From: an uncultured bacterium
GTDB taxonomy: Bacteria > Chloroflexota > UBA5177 > JANWHV01
Assembly: GCA_963827235.1 (NCBI GenBank)
Contig: CAWHAE010000008.1
Location: 192,001-256,000, forward strand
Length of the DNA: 64,000 nucleotides
Direction of reading: 5' to 3'
Below, piece after piece: positions 29,604 through 39,429 of this stretch; the stretch's first letter is position 1, and each line of letters opens with the position of its first letter. Position numbers and translations under genes: made by a program. Under the pieces are notes generated by a model. That model was given only the letters and a program-made list of their open reading frames with translations, was not told where the DNA came from and ran no database searches.

Positions 29604-30173
29604 TCACGATAGCTTGTCCTCATCGTCTGCGATCTTCTTGTAGAGTGCGAAGCGCTGCCCAGCGCCCTCCAGCACGGACAGCTCCAGCTCATCGAACGCG
29701 GCGAACGCGCTCCAAAGAGGTTGTTTGCTGAATTCGGCCAGCTGGTGGATGATCCTGTCCTCGAGATCCCGGTCTCGCTTGCCGATCCAGAGCTGATCGG
29801 CCAGAGCGACGAGAAGGTCCTCCATGGTGACGGATGGATCATCCGCCCACTGACCATGCGTGCGCGCGAAACGAGCGATCCGCTCCGGCAGGCCCTTCTC
29901 CAGCAGAAGGGCCGGTCCGTTGTCCTCGTGCTTGCTCCCGGACCCACTCAGCTCTTCCCGATCGACCGTCTTGCCGGCGTCGTGAAGCGCTGCTCCCAGC
30001 AGCGCGGCGTCGCGGTCGATCGGGAGGTCCGGCCAAGCGACGGCGAGGCCGTCCAGTAGCTCGTAGGTGACCTCGTGGACCAGCGCCAGATGCGCGAGCA
30101 ATCGGGGTGGTGCATGTAGGGTCTCGAGGACCTTCCGCGCTGCGTCCGGCAGCGGTCGTAACGGCTCGATCAT
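29604..30173 (-). CDS. HD-domain metal-dependent phosphohydrolase-like protein
   Basis: LLAHLALVH...GAALHDAGK...H...G...THG...VALAD. Confidence 0.8.
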   Translation of the reverse strand: MIEPLRPLPDAARKVLETLHAPPRLLAHLALVHEVTYELLDGLAVAWPDLPIDRDAALLGAALHDAGKTVDREELSGSGSKHEDNGPALLLEKGLPERIARFARTHGQWADDPSVTMEDLLVALADQLWIGKRDRDLEDRIIHQLAEFSKQPLWSAFAAFDELELSVLEGAGQRFALYKKIADDEDKLS

Positions 30174-30248
30174 ACTCGTCTCACGAAACGCATCTCCAGC
30201 GGGCGGTTCCAGCCAACCCTCTACGGCCCAAGCCGGGCGGCCACACCG

Positions 30249-31310
30249 CTAGTATGGAAGGTTGGCCGCCTGCCCGGCATCCTCGATGATCCCATCGTTG
30301 CTTTCGGCTGCCGCGGGCGGCGGGAAGGCGACATCCACGGCGAGCTGCAGAATGCGGTCCGCGCCATCCGCGGGGTCGACCACGTGATCGATCACCGCCT
30401 GCAAAACGGATTCCGATCCGGAAGCTGCCAGCAGTCGGGGCGCGACCGACGTCCGAAGACCCCGCTCGACTAGCTCGCGAACCTCACGCCGCAACCGGCA
30501 ATCTCTCCGTTCGGTCAGCCCGCCGGTCCTCTCGAGCCAGGCGCGGTGTCGATCAAGCGCGGCGTAGAGCGCCTGGATGCCCTGGCCCTCGTGCGCCCTT
30601 GTCTCGACGATTTCCGCGTTCCACTCGTGGCGATCCTGCAGATGAAGCATAGAGCTTAGTGCCCTGTGCATGCGCGGAGCGTCCGCATGATCCGCCTTGT
30701 TGAGGGCGAAGACGTCAGCAATCTCGAGGATGCCGGCCTTGAGCGTCTGCACGGCGTCACCCATGTCCGGCGTCACCACGACCAATGTCGTGTCGGCGGC
30801 GCCGGCGATGTCCAGCTCGGATTGCCCAACGCCTACCGTCTCCACCAGAATCAGCTCGTAGCCTGCGGAGTCGAGGACTCTCAGTGCGTCGCGCGTAGAT
30901 TGGGCAAGTCCTCCCAGGTAGCCTCGCGCGCCCATGCTTCGGATGAACACGCCGGGGTCGCCGGCATGCGCCTGCATGCGGATACGATCGCCGAGCACGG
31001 CGCCGCCGGTAAACGGGCTGCTTGGGTCAACCGCGAGCACGGCCACGCTGCGACCGTCCGCCCTTGCTTGGTGGGCGATCCGATCGACGAGCGTACTCTT
31101 TCCTGCCCCCGGCGAACCGGTCACTCCGATCACATATGCCCTGCCAGTCAAGGGGAACAATCGTCGCAGTACCGGCCGTGCCTCGGGCTTCGAGTTCTCG
31201 AGCGCGCTGATCAACCGAGCAACGGCGCGCACTTCACCTCGCCGCACCCTGGCGACGATGTCGTTCACGCCGGCTGCCGCGCCGGGGTCCGATTCAGTCA
31301 GTTCGCTCAT
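30249..31310 (-). CDS. meaB: methylmalonyl-CoA mutase-associated GTPase MeaB/ArgK
   Basis: GVTGSPGAGKSTL, AVDPSSPFTGGAVLGDRIRM, ETVGVGQSE and KAGILEIAD...NKAD. Confidence 0.94.
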   Translation of the reverse strand: MSELTESDPGAAAGVNDIVARVRRGEVRAVARLISALENSKPEARPVLRRLFPLTGRAYVIGVTGSPGAGKSTLVDRIAHQARADGRSVAVLAVDPSSPFTGGAVLGDRIRMQAHAGDPGVFIRSMGARGYLGGLAQSTRDALRVLDSAGYELILVETVGVGQSELDIAGAADTTLVVVTPDMGDAVQTLKAGILEIADVFALNKADHADAPRMHRALSSMLHLQDRHEWNAEIVETRAHEGQGIQALYAALDRHRAWLERTGGLTERRDCRLRREVRELVERGLRTSVAPRLLAASGSESVLQAVIDHVVDPADGADRILQLAVDVAFPPPAAAESNDGIIEDAGQAANLPY

Positions 31311-32245
31311 TCACCGGCGGCAGGTCTGGAATCGACCTGATCGAGCACACCGTTGTCCGTCTCGCCGGCGTCGGCAATCGTGGTCTGACCGTGGCCGTTG
31401 GCCTCGGAGTCCGTCGACCCGTCGGCGCGCTCGCTCGCCGGCGGCATTTCCTCTCGGGCGATATATCGCGGCAGCTCGAGCTGCGCCCGTATCTGCCCAA
31501 TTGCTTGGTACACGCTCGTGTTAGTCAGGTGCAGCTGGGCCGCGATCTGCTTATGCACTCCCACCTCGGGCTCCGGCAGCAACGGAAGATACAGCTCTCT
31601 GATGCGGTCCAGATCCTCCGGAGAGCGAAGGCCGGAGTTTCTTTCCCACCAGCTCTGAATCTGTACCTCGTCGCGCGTATGCTTGATTATGGCCTTCACT
31701 GCCTTGAGAGGTATGCCGAGCTCCGTGGCGATCTGGTGGCGGATGCCGTCGAACTCCGGCTGGGCGAGCTCAAGATAGCGGAGGCGGACCGCCTCGATCT
31801 GCTCTGCAGACGGCTCGTACGGCTTCTGCTGAATCCGCGGCTTAGGTTCTCTGGGCGGGCGAGGCACCCGCTGCCTTGGTTGCCCTGTGGGTCTGGCCTT
31901 GCGGACCGCGGTCTTCTCCTCGTGCTTGGCGGCAATGGGCGTGGCAGCCGGCACGGCCCTCTCTAGCCGCGTGTGCACCTGCTCGACATGGGACGCCGGT
32001 GGGGTCGGAACCGGCGGACGATAGGCACCAAACTGGCCTTGATTTTCCTGTGCGGCTCGCAGCGCGGCCCGTACGTCGACCGACGGCAGCGTCCTGGCAA
32101 CCGGCTCAGCCGCTTGGTGCGCGTCTACCTGGTGATGCTTTGCGCGCTTGGCCTCGGCCTCGCATGACGGGCAAACGGTCTTCTTTAGCGATGGCGTCTT
32201 GAAAGGCTTTCCGCATACGGAGCAGCGCACTTTGACCTTGTTCAT
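31307..32245 (-). CDS. hypothetical protein: N-terminal Zn ribbon, Pro-rich linker, two tandem HTH-like repeats
   Basis: CSVCGKPF...CPSC and two repeats YL.L..PE..G...QIA..L.....V...I...R. ATGA overlap with meaB. Confidence 0.75.
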   Translation of the reverse strand: MNKVKVRCSVCGKPFKTPSLKKTVCPSCEAEAKRAKHHQVDAHQAAEPVARTLPSVDVRAALRAAQENQGQFGAYRPPVPTPPASHVEQVHTRLERAVPAATPIAAKHEEKTAVRKARPTGQPRQRVPRPPREPKPRIQQKPYEPSAEQIEAVRLRYLELAQPEFDGIRHQIATELGIPLKAVKAIIKHTRDEVQIQSWWERNSGLRSPEDLDRIRELYLPLLPEPEVGVHKQIAAQLHLTNTSVYQAIGQIRAQLELPRYIAREEMPPASERADGSTDSEANGHGQTTIADAGETDNGVLDQVDSRPAAGE

Positions 32246-32494
32246 CACCCTCATCTCCGCCCATGTCGACCTGCCGCCGTGGAGCGGCGCCAGGCTAGGT
32301 TCGTCCCCGCTCAACAGCTACACCGTGCCTGCAACGCAGCACCGGCGAGCGCGTGCACGTTCTCACTGTACCTATATAGCACATCGCACATCACGACTCC
32401 GTCCTTCGCGGCGCGGTTTGCACACTGCGATGCCGGCGCGCGACTGCCTGGCAGCAGCTCCGCGTGTCTCTTGCCTGTCTCAAACCCTACCGAT

Positions 32495-32989
32495 CTAGGT
32501 GCTAAACTTGGCCCATAGCCTGGGGCAAAGCAGTGGGAGCTCGCTGTCATCCAGCAACGTAGCATCTCGCGGCGGCGATCGTCGATGACGCGTGGGCATC
32601 TCGCGTCCCATGCGCCGTTCGTATGCGTATTGCGCCACATACAACATGCTCTCGCACTCGGCGGAGTCATCGAGATCTATGACATCTGCCAGTGAGTCGG
32701 CGTCGGCCACCGCGGCTTCGTACACATCTTCGCCTTTGGCGATGAGCCATCCCGCAAAGTACTCAAAGCCGGCGTCCGAGGTGCCGTAGTTGATGATGTA
32801 CGCGGCGGCCCAGAGTTTGGGCTGATAGGCTTGGGCTACCAGGTCGAATAGCTCACGGTCGAACGCCACGATCGTATTGACAGACTGTTCGACAAGCAGC
32901 TCCGTAACGATGCCCGCGGTTCGATCGACCTGATCGCCGCTTTCGGCCCTGGCAAAGGCGATGACCCGCCACACCGTTTCTCGATCCAC
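32495..32989 (-). CDS. DUF4240-like protein
   Basis: GTG start VDRETVWRVIAFAR...AY..KLWAAAYIINYGTSDAGFEYFAGWLIAKG...YEAAVADADSLAD...PRLWAKF. Confidence 0.8.
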   Translation of the reverse strand: MDRETVWRVIAFARAESGDQVDRTAGIVTELLVEQSVNTIVAFDRELFDLVAQAYQPKLWAAAYIINYGTSDAGFEYFAGWLIAKGEDVYEAAVADADSLADVIDLDDSAECESMLYVAQYAYERRMGREMPTRHRRSPPRDATLLDDSELPLLCPRLWAKFST

Positions 32990-33226
32990 TTCGCCCCCGT
33001 GCCTGGATGTCTCTTCCCGATCAGTAGCGCACACGGTGTATCGCGTCAAAGTGCGTCCAGGGTGCCTGAGTGCGCGGCGCCTCCGACGGGCGTACCAGGG
33101 ATCCCGTGTGGACGGGATTGCCTCGGCGGCGTCCGGCCCAGCGTCGTGCCACCTGCGCGAGCACGCAGGTCCGGGCACTGGGCAATCTGCGAGCGGCAGC
33201 TCCACCCGAGCGATCCGCGGCGGACG

Positions 33227-35020
33227 TCACCGCGCCGCTATCACGCGCATGAGCGTCGCCCCGGCTGCCACGCTCTCTCCCGCGTGCGCGACAATACCCG
33301 CGACGACTCCATCGTGCGGTGACAGCACCTCGTTCTCCATCTTCATCGCCTCGATCGTGCAGAGCACGGCCCCCCCACGCACCTGACTTCCCTCCGTCAC
33401 CCTCATCTCGACGAGCGTGCCGCGCATCGGGCACCGAACTATGCCATCCGACCGGGTCCAGTGGCGCAGGGCCTCGTGACTGCGAACTGAGGTCCTCGCA
33501 GGCTGAGACAGCTCGGCGACGGCGACAACATAGGGCTTCCCTTCAATTGAAACCTGGAATTGTCGTTCGTTGGCGGGCCTCGGCGCAGTCTGTGGCTTTC
33601 GGCCAGCCGGTTCCCTGGAAGATACCGACGGCTGGCGGCCGTTGGGGCGCTCACGCGTACCCTCTCCGTCGACCAGCTCGACGAGCTCGGCCGGAAGATG
33701 GCCGTCGACAAGACGCGGATGCCTCAGCAAGCGCAACAAGCTGGGCACCTCGGTCGATATACCTTCGACTTCGAGCTCACCTAGAGCCCGGATCATCCGG
33801 CGCCGCGACATGTCTGCATCAGGGGCCCAGGCAGTGATCTGGGCGATCAGGCCGTCCGGCAGAGATACCGGATCGCTTCCGGAGCACGCGGCGCCGTCGA
33901 CACGCAGGCCCGGCCCGGTTGGCAGGTGAACATCTGCAACTGTTTCGCCGGGCGATGCTCCGGGCTGTTCGATATCGCCGGCGTGTACACGGCACGAGAG
34001 CGCGTGGCCCATGGGCCTCACGTCGTCTGCACCCAGCCATAGTGGCGATCCTCCGGCTATCCGAAGCTGTGCCTGCGCGATGTCCACGCGGGTGACCGAC
34101 TCGGTGGCGGCCTGCGCTGCCTGAAGGCACCTGGCGGTCTCTAGATAGTAGTACTCTTCGCCGTTCACCAGGAACTCGAAGGTGGCTACGCCGTGGAACC
34201 CGCTCGCCACCACCATCGAGAGCGCGGCGGTATCAAGCCGCCGCCGGAGCGGTTCCGATATGTTCGCGGGAGCGATCTCGACGAGCCGCCGACGCAACGG
34301 CTGAACGGGGCATTCTCGAGAGCCCAAGCTCACGGCGGCACCGTGCATGTCGGCCAGAACGTCGACGTCGACGCGACGTCGTCCCGCGATGAACCGCTCC
34401 AGACAGATTGCATCGTCGGAATAAGACGCCATTCCCTCACGCCGCACCCGACTGATCGCCTGGTTCAAATCATCGGCCTGACGTACGACCTCCTGGCAGC
34501 GTCCGCTCGCTCCGCACAGGGCACGCACCACGATCGGAAAGCCAAGACGCAGTGCGACGATGACCGCATGCGCGTCGTCCCGGATGAGCTCCATCTCGTC
34601 AGGGAAGACAGGCACTCGACAGCTCTCGGCAAGGTTCCTTGCCCGGCTTCTGTCGCCGACCGCAGCCATGGCTTCGGGCGAAGGTCCAACAAAGACCAAT
34701 CCGCTTGCCGTGCAGGCGCGCGCGAAGGCCGGGTTCTCGGACAGCATCCCATAGCCGGGGTGCACGGTGTCGGCCCGCGCCTCCAGGGCGGCCTCCACTA
34801 TCCTCTCTATGTCCATGTACGCGCCGGTCGAGCGGCCGAGTGGGTGGGACTCGTCTGCCATTCGCACGTGCTGGGACAGAGCATCCGCTTCGCTGTAGAC
34901 GGCAACGCTCTCGAGGCCGAGCTCTCGACAGGCCTGGATAACTCGCACCGCGGACTCGCCCCGAGTGGCGACAAGCACCCGGCGCAGCGAGCCGCCGGGT
35001 TTTCGCTCAGAGCCCCTCAT
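33227..35020 (-). CDS. biotin carboxylase-like domain (degenerate catalytic motifs) fused to biotin carboxyl carrier domain
   Basis: VLVATRGESAVRVIQACRELG, HPGYGMLSEN, FVGPS, GPGLRVD and C-terminal EAMKMENE. See findings for the lost motifs. Confidence 0.88.
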   Translation of the reverse strand: MRGSERKPGGSLRRVLVATRGESAVRVIQACRELGLESVAVYSEADALSQHVRMADESHPLGRSTGAYMDIERIVEAALEARADTVHPGYGMLSENPAFARACTASGLVFVGPSPEAMAAVGDRSRARNLAESCRVPVFPDEMELIRDDAHAVIVALRLGFPIVVRALCGASGRCQEVVRQADDLNQAISRVRREGMASYSDDAICLERFIAGRRRVDVDVLADMHGAAVSLGSRECPVQPLRRRLVEIAPANISEPLRRRLDTAALSMVVASGFHGVATFEFLVNGEEYYYLETARCLQAAQAATESVTRVDIAQAQLRIAGGSPLWLGADDVRPMGHALSCRVHAGDIEQPGASPGETVADVHLPTGPGLRVDGAACSGSDPVSLPDGLIAQITAWAPDADMSRRRMIRALGELEVEGISTEVPSLLRLLRHPRLVDGHLPAELVELVDGEGTRERPNGRQPSVSSREPAGRKPQTAPRPANERQFQVSIEGKPYVVAVAELSQPARTSVRSHEALRHWTRSDGIVRCPMRGTLVEMRVTEGSQVRGGAVLCTIEAMKMENEVLSPHDGVVAGIVAHAGESVAAGATLMRVIAAR

Positions 35021-35298
35021 CGCGGCAGCTCGGCCTCGTGCCAGCTCGTACGTCCCGCCGGCCACGGTCCTGAGCCACGCAGGTCGTGCAGTACTCCCGC
35101 CTCGGCCCACGTAGCGCAGCCCCGCCTCACTGCCGGCCTGCTCGACTCACTCGCCAGGTAGGCGTCCACGGCAGCCATGATAACCGCTATAGCGTCGTCG
35201 CCGGCGATTGCGCGCGGTAGCTCGAGGAGCTCTTCCTCACCTCTGAGTGCCGGCTCCGTTCGGATCTCCGCCAGAAGTCCGCGACCGCGACCGATCAG
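35017..35298 (-). CDS. small protein, possible acyl-CoA carboxylase epsilon-like subunit (start uncertain)
   Basis: AIAVIMAAVDAYLASE...TWAEAG pattern. Its stop overlaps the carboxylase ATG (ATGA). Confidence 0.45.
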   Translation of the reverse strand: MIGRGRGLLAEIRTEPALRGEEELLELPRAIAGDDAIAVIMAAVDAYLASESSRPAVRRGCATWAEAGVLHDLRGSGPWPAGRTSWHEAELPR

Positions 35299-35332
35299 TC
35301 GCCGGGAGTCGTGGTCCTCAGGGAGCGCCGGG

Positions 35333-36439
35333 TCATACGTTGAAGCGGAAGTAGACAACGTCGCCATCCTGCATCACATAGTCCTTGCCCTCGAGCCTGG
35401 TGACTCCTCGCTCCCGGGCCGCGGCGAACGAGCCGGCTGCTACCAGCTCGTCGTACGCGGTGACCTCGGCGCGAATGAATCCCCGCTCGATGTCGCTGTG
35501 AATTGTACCGGCTGCTTGGGGCGCCCGTGTACCCTTGCTGATCGTCCATGCCCGAACCTCCGGCTCGCCGGCAGTCAAGAACGTGATCAGGTCGAGTAGC
35601 GCATAGCTTGCTTTGATCATCCTGGGCAGGCCGCCCTCCGGCAGACCAAGCTCCGAGAGATAGAACGACGCCTCCTCCGCTCCGAGCTCTGCAAGCTCCG
35701 CCTCGATCTTTGCGCTGACCGCGACCGCTTCCGATCCTTCGGATCTGGCATGTGCTTCGACCGCCGCGAAGCTAGCTGGTTGCCTCTCGTGCAGCGTCGC
35801 CATATCGGATTCGTCGAGATTGGCGATATAGAGGACGGGCTTGGCGGTGAGGAGGTGCAGCTCTTGCACCACCGGCGCCACGTCGTCTGTAAGCCGGTAC
35901 GTGCGAGCCGGCAGGCCCCGATCGAGGTGGGCGGCCAGGTCTTCGAGGGCTTCCGCTTCGGCGAGCAGTCGCTTGTCCCCGGCCTTCGCCGCTTTCCGCG
36001 AACGATCCGCGCGCTTGGCGACGGACTGCAGGTCGGCCAGGCAGAGCTCGACGGTGATAGTCTCGATGTCACGGCGCGGATCGACCGTGCCTTCCACGTG
36101 CGAGACGTTACTGTCGGAGAAGCACCGCACTACCATGCCGATTGCGTTTACGTTGCGAATGTGCCCGAGAAACTGGTTGCCGAGCCCCTCGCCCTTGCTG
36201 GCTCCGCGAACGAGCCCGGCGATATCAAGGAACTCCATGGTGGCGGGCACAATCTTCTTGGGATGCACCATCTCCGCAAGCACGTGCAGCCGTTCATCGG
36301 GCACCTCAACCACGCCGACGTTGGGGTCGATAGTGCAGAACGGATAGTTGGCAACCGCGGCTCCAGCGGCGGTCAGCGCGTTGAAAAGCGTGGATTTGCC
36401 GACGTTCGGCAGGCCCACGATACCCATTTGCAGACTCAC
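35333..36439 (-). CDS. ychF: redox-regulated ATPase YchF
   Basis: GIVGLPNVGKSTLFNALT, NYPFCTIDPN, DIAGLVRGASKGEGLGNQFL and RLEGKDYVMQDGDV. RBS GGAGGAGG before GTG 36439. Confidence 0.96.
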   Translation of the reverse strand: MSLQMGIVGLPNVGKSTLFNALTAAGAAVANYPFCTIDPNVGVVEVPDERLHVLAEMVHPKKIVPATMEFLDIAGLVRGASKGEGLGNQFLGHIRNVNAIGMVVRCFSDSNVSHVEGTVDPRRDIETITVELCLADLQSVAKRADRSRKAAKAGDKRLLAEAEALEDLAAHLDRGLPARTYRLTDDVAPVVQELHLLTAKPVLYIANLDESDMATLHERQPASFAAVEAHARSEGSEAVAVSAKIEAELAELGAEEASFYLSELGLPEGGLPRMIKASYALLDLITFLTAGEPEVRAWTISKGTRAPQAAGTIHSDIERGFIRAEVTAYDELVAAGSFAAARERGVTRLEGKDYVMQDGDVVYFRFNV

Positions 36440-36788
36440 GAAATCCTCCTCCGGGGAGTATACCAGGGCAGCAGAAGGGCCTTGCTCGCCCGCCAGTGAC
36501 TTCCCGGACCCGTGCTGAATGATCCACGGCTTCGGGCCTGCGACCTCGGTGGTCCCGGCAGCGCCGTCGTCTCGACCGTCTCCATGCATGCCAGGCTTGG
36601 TTTCCATCGTCAAGACGTGGTAGGTCGTTGCGCCACAACATCCGGGTGGGCCCGACGAAGGCGCGTTTGGGGCCGGAGTGCATGAGGCAATTGCCGGCGT
36701 TCAGGAGAGACGATACAGTTCCTGTCCGGCGCCGCCGGAACACGCTAAAATAGAACCGGTTTCTGTCATAGAGAGGAGAGCTCACAGG

Positions 36789-37799
36789 ATGCCCCTAGTT
36801 TCAATGCGACAAGTTCTCGACGAGGCTGCAAAAGGTGGGTACGGAGTCGGCGCGTTCAACGTGAACAATATGGAACAGATCCAGGCGATCATGGAGGCAG
36901 CGCTCGAGACCAAGTCTCCCGTGATCATCCAGGCCAGTAGAGGAGCGCGCTCGTATTCGCAGGACAAGTTCCTCTATCATCTCATGCTGGCCGCAGCCGA
37001 GTTATATCCCGATATTCCCCTCGTCATGCACCTCGACCACGGCAACAGTATCGAGACCTGCAAGTCCGCTGTTGACCTCGGCTTCACCAGCGTCATGATG
37101 GACGGTTCGCTCATGCCTGACGGCAAGACTCCGTCCAGCTTCGACTACAATGTCGAGACGACGCGAACAGTTGTGGAGCTGGCCCACGCCAAGGGTGTGA
37201 CCGTAGAAGGCGAAATCGGCGTGCTGGGCGGAATCGAAGACGGGCACGGCGCTGGCGGATCCGGCCTCGAGCACGTGACCGACCCCGACCAGGCAGTAGA
37301 GTTCGTGGCACGGACGGGCGTGGACGCGCTGGCGATTGCCATCGGCACCAGCCATGGTGCGTACAAGTTCAGCAGCAAACCCGACGGCTCTGTGCTCAAG
37401 ATGGATCGCTTGATTGAGATTCACAACCGGCTGCCCAAAGTACATCTCGTCATGCACGGCTCCTCGAGCGTACCTAAGGACCTGCAGGACGTAATCAACC
37501 AGTACGGCGGCAAGCTGCGGCCCACCTGGGGTGTGCCGGTCGAGGAGATCCAGCTTGGAATCCGCAACGGTGTGCGCAAGGTCAACGTGGACACGGACAA
37601 TCGCCTGGCCATTACGGGTGCCATCCGCAAGGTCTTCGCGGAGACTCCCGAGAAGTTCGACCCTCGCGACTATCTCAAGCCGGCACGAGAGGCGATGAAG
37701 AAGGTCGTGGCTCAGCGCATGACCCAGTTCGGCCAGGCGGGCCACGCCGGCGACTACGCGCCGATTTCACTGGCCGACATGATCAAGTCCTACGCCTGA
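36789..37799 (+). CDS. fba: class II fructose-bisphosphate aldolase
   Basis: [44 protein letters not shown] and KVNVDTD. Confidence 0.96.
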   Translation: MPLVSMRQVLDEAAKGGYGVGAFNVNNMEQIQAIMEAALETKSPVIIQASRGARSYSQDKFLYHLMLAAAELYPDIPLVMHLDHGNSIETCKSAVDLGFTSVMMDGSLMPDGKTPSSFDYNVETTRTVVELAHAKGVTVEGEIGVLGGIEDGHGAGGSGLEHVTDPDQAVEFVARTGVDALAIAIGTSHGAYKFSSKPDGSVLKMDRLIEIHNRLPKVHLVMHGSSSVPKDLQDVINQYGGKLRPTWGVPVEEIQLGIRNGVRKVNVDTDNRLAITGAIRKVFAETPEKFDPRDYLKPAREAMKKVVAQRMTQFGQAGHAGDYAPISLADMIKSYA

Positions 37800-37977
37800 C
37801 ACGCCCTCGCCATCGGGCGGTCGAGACTTGGGAGTTTGTAGTATGCTCGCGGGTTTCGGGAATGGTTCCCGCAACCCGCGACCTGTGTTGGTTGGCGCCC
37901 GAGTGGCGGCGAGCGTGGCGAGGACGACCGCCGGTTCAGCACGGCGCGGTTGGTAACCCGTGAGGCGCTGGCAAGCA

Positions 37978-38136
37978 ATGGAAGAGACTGATCACCAAGG
38001 CGATGTCGACGACGGCCTGTCGTGGATGGCGCTACTCGTGACGTTCGTCGTGCTCGCCGTAATCGTTGGGCTCGTGCTGTTCTTCAAGCTCAACCTGTTC
38101 GAAGGCGGCACGTCACCGCTGGCGCCGACTACCTGA
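37978..38136 (+). CDS. small single-TM membrane protein, 52 aa
   Basis: MEETDHQGDVDDGLSWMALLVTFVVLAVIVGLVLFFKLNLFEGGTSPLAPTT*. GC3-rich codons. Below the ORF-track length cutoff. Confidence 0.65.
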   Translation: MEETDHQGDVDDGLSWMALLVTFVVLAVIVGLVLFFKLNLFEGGTSPLAPTT

Positions 38137-38193
38137 TAGAGAGTCACCCGCCGATATCGGCATCGCGCGCTGTAGCAGCGCCACGGGACAGCG

Positions 38194-39267
38194 TCAGGCC
38201 CTGCCCGGACGCGCTATCCTACCGATCTTGAGCAAGGTGCCCACGGCTGGAACCGCGTCGGGCGCACGCTCCACGACCTTCAGGAAGTTGGCGGTCATTT
38301 CAGCGTACGCTTCCGATTTGTAGGTCTCTATCTCGCCTGCATCGCAGATTCGGGCAATCTCCGGATCGATCGGCAGCCGTCCCAAGAGCGGTGCGCCGGT
38401 AAGTGCCACCAGGTGCTGTCCCTGGCTGGCCCCGAACAGCTCGTACCGTTCGCCGCTATGCGGCAGGACGATATAGCTCATATTCTCGACCGTGCCCAGA
38501 ACAGGCACGTCGAGCTTCTGCGCCATGCGCACTGCTTTGGCGACGACCATCGTAGCCAGACCCTGGGGAGTGCTCACCACGATCACGCCGTCAAGTGGCA
38601 GGGCTTGCATGGTCGTCATCGGAGCGTCGGAGGTGCCGGGAGGTAGGTCGACAAGCATAAAATCGAGGTCGCCCCAGTCCACGTCACTGTAGAACTGCTT
38701 GATGGCGCCTGCAACCATCGGGCCCCGCCAGATGACAGGCTGTTCTTCGGATTCGAGGAGCAGATTCATAGACATCACGGCGATGCCCGTCGACGTCTTG
38801 GGCGCCTCGATGGTGCCTTCAATCATGGCCTTTACGGGCAGGCCGAACATCTTCGGGATACTCGGCCCGGTAATGTCACCGTCCAGGATGCCGACGCGAT
38901 AGCCTGAGCGCCTGAGGGTAACGGCCAGCAGACCGGTTACTAGCGACTTGCCCACTCCCCCCTTACCGCTCATGACGGCAATCACGTGCTTGATATTCTC
39001 TCGCCGGTCCGGCATAGAGGACTGGCGGTTGACGACGTTGATCTTCTTGGGCGGTGGCACAGCGCCAGTGGCAGCGAAGCGGTTGAGGTCCGCCAGCAGC
39101 GCCTCCATTTCAAGCGAGTGCGTTCGAGCGCCGCCCGCGATGGTCTCGTAGGTGGACACGTGGCATCCGGTGCAGGGCAATCCGTGGGCCCTGAACACCT
39201 GGTCGATGCCGGGAAACGCGTCGACTACCTGGCGGATGATCTGATCTTGGGTAATCTCGGTGGACAT
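38194..39267 (-). CDS. Mrp/ApbC/NBP35-family P-loop ATPase with N-terminal DUF1858-like domain
   Basis: SGKGGVGKS, DGDITGPSIP, PVIWRGPMV, DLPPGTSD, STPQ and ENMS. N-terminal HGLPCTGC...ETIAGGARTH. Confidence 0.92.
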   Translation of the reverse strand: MSTEITQDQIIRQVVDAFPGIDQVFRAHGLPCTGCHVSTYETIAGGARTHSLEMEALLADLNRFAATGAVPPPKKINVVNRQSSMPDRRENIKHVIAVMSGKGGVGKSLVTGLLAVTLRRSGYRVGILDGDITGPSIPKMFGLPVKAMIEGTIEAPKTSTGIAVMSMNLLLESEEQPVIWRGPMVAGAIKQFYSDVDWGDLDFMLVDLPPGTSDAPMTTMQALPLDGVIVVSTPQGLATMVVAKAVRMAQKLDVPVLGTVENMSYIVLPHSGERYELFGASQGQHLVALTGAPLLGRLPIDPEIARICDAGEIETYKSEAYAEMTANFLKVVERAPDAVPAVGTLLKIGRIARPGRA

Positions 39268-39429
39268 GTCTTGCCGATCCCGCTAGTGCATACATGCGCG
39301 CGACGTCACAGTCGAAGGGCAGAGCAGCCAGTCTGTCACGCTTCCATTCTACCTGCGGCGGCACTGCCCGGTCATACCACGTCGCCGAACGCCGCGGAGG
39401 GACCCACGCCGCTTCAGCGCCGGCGAGCG

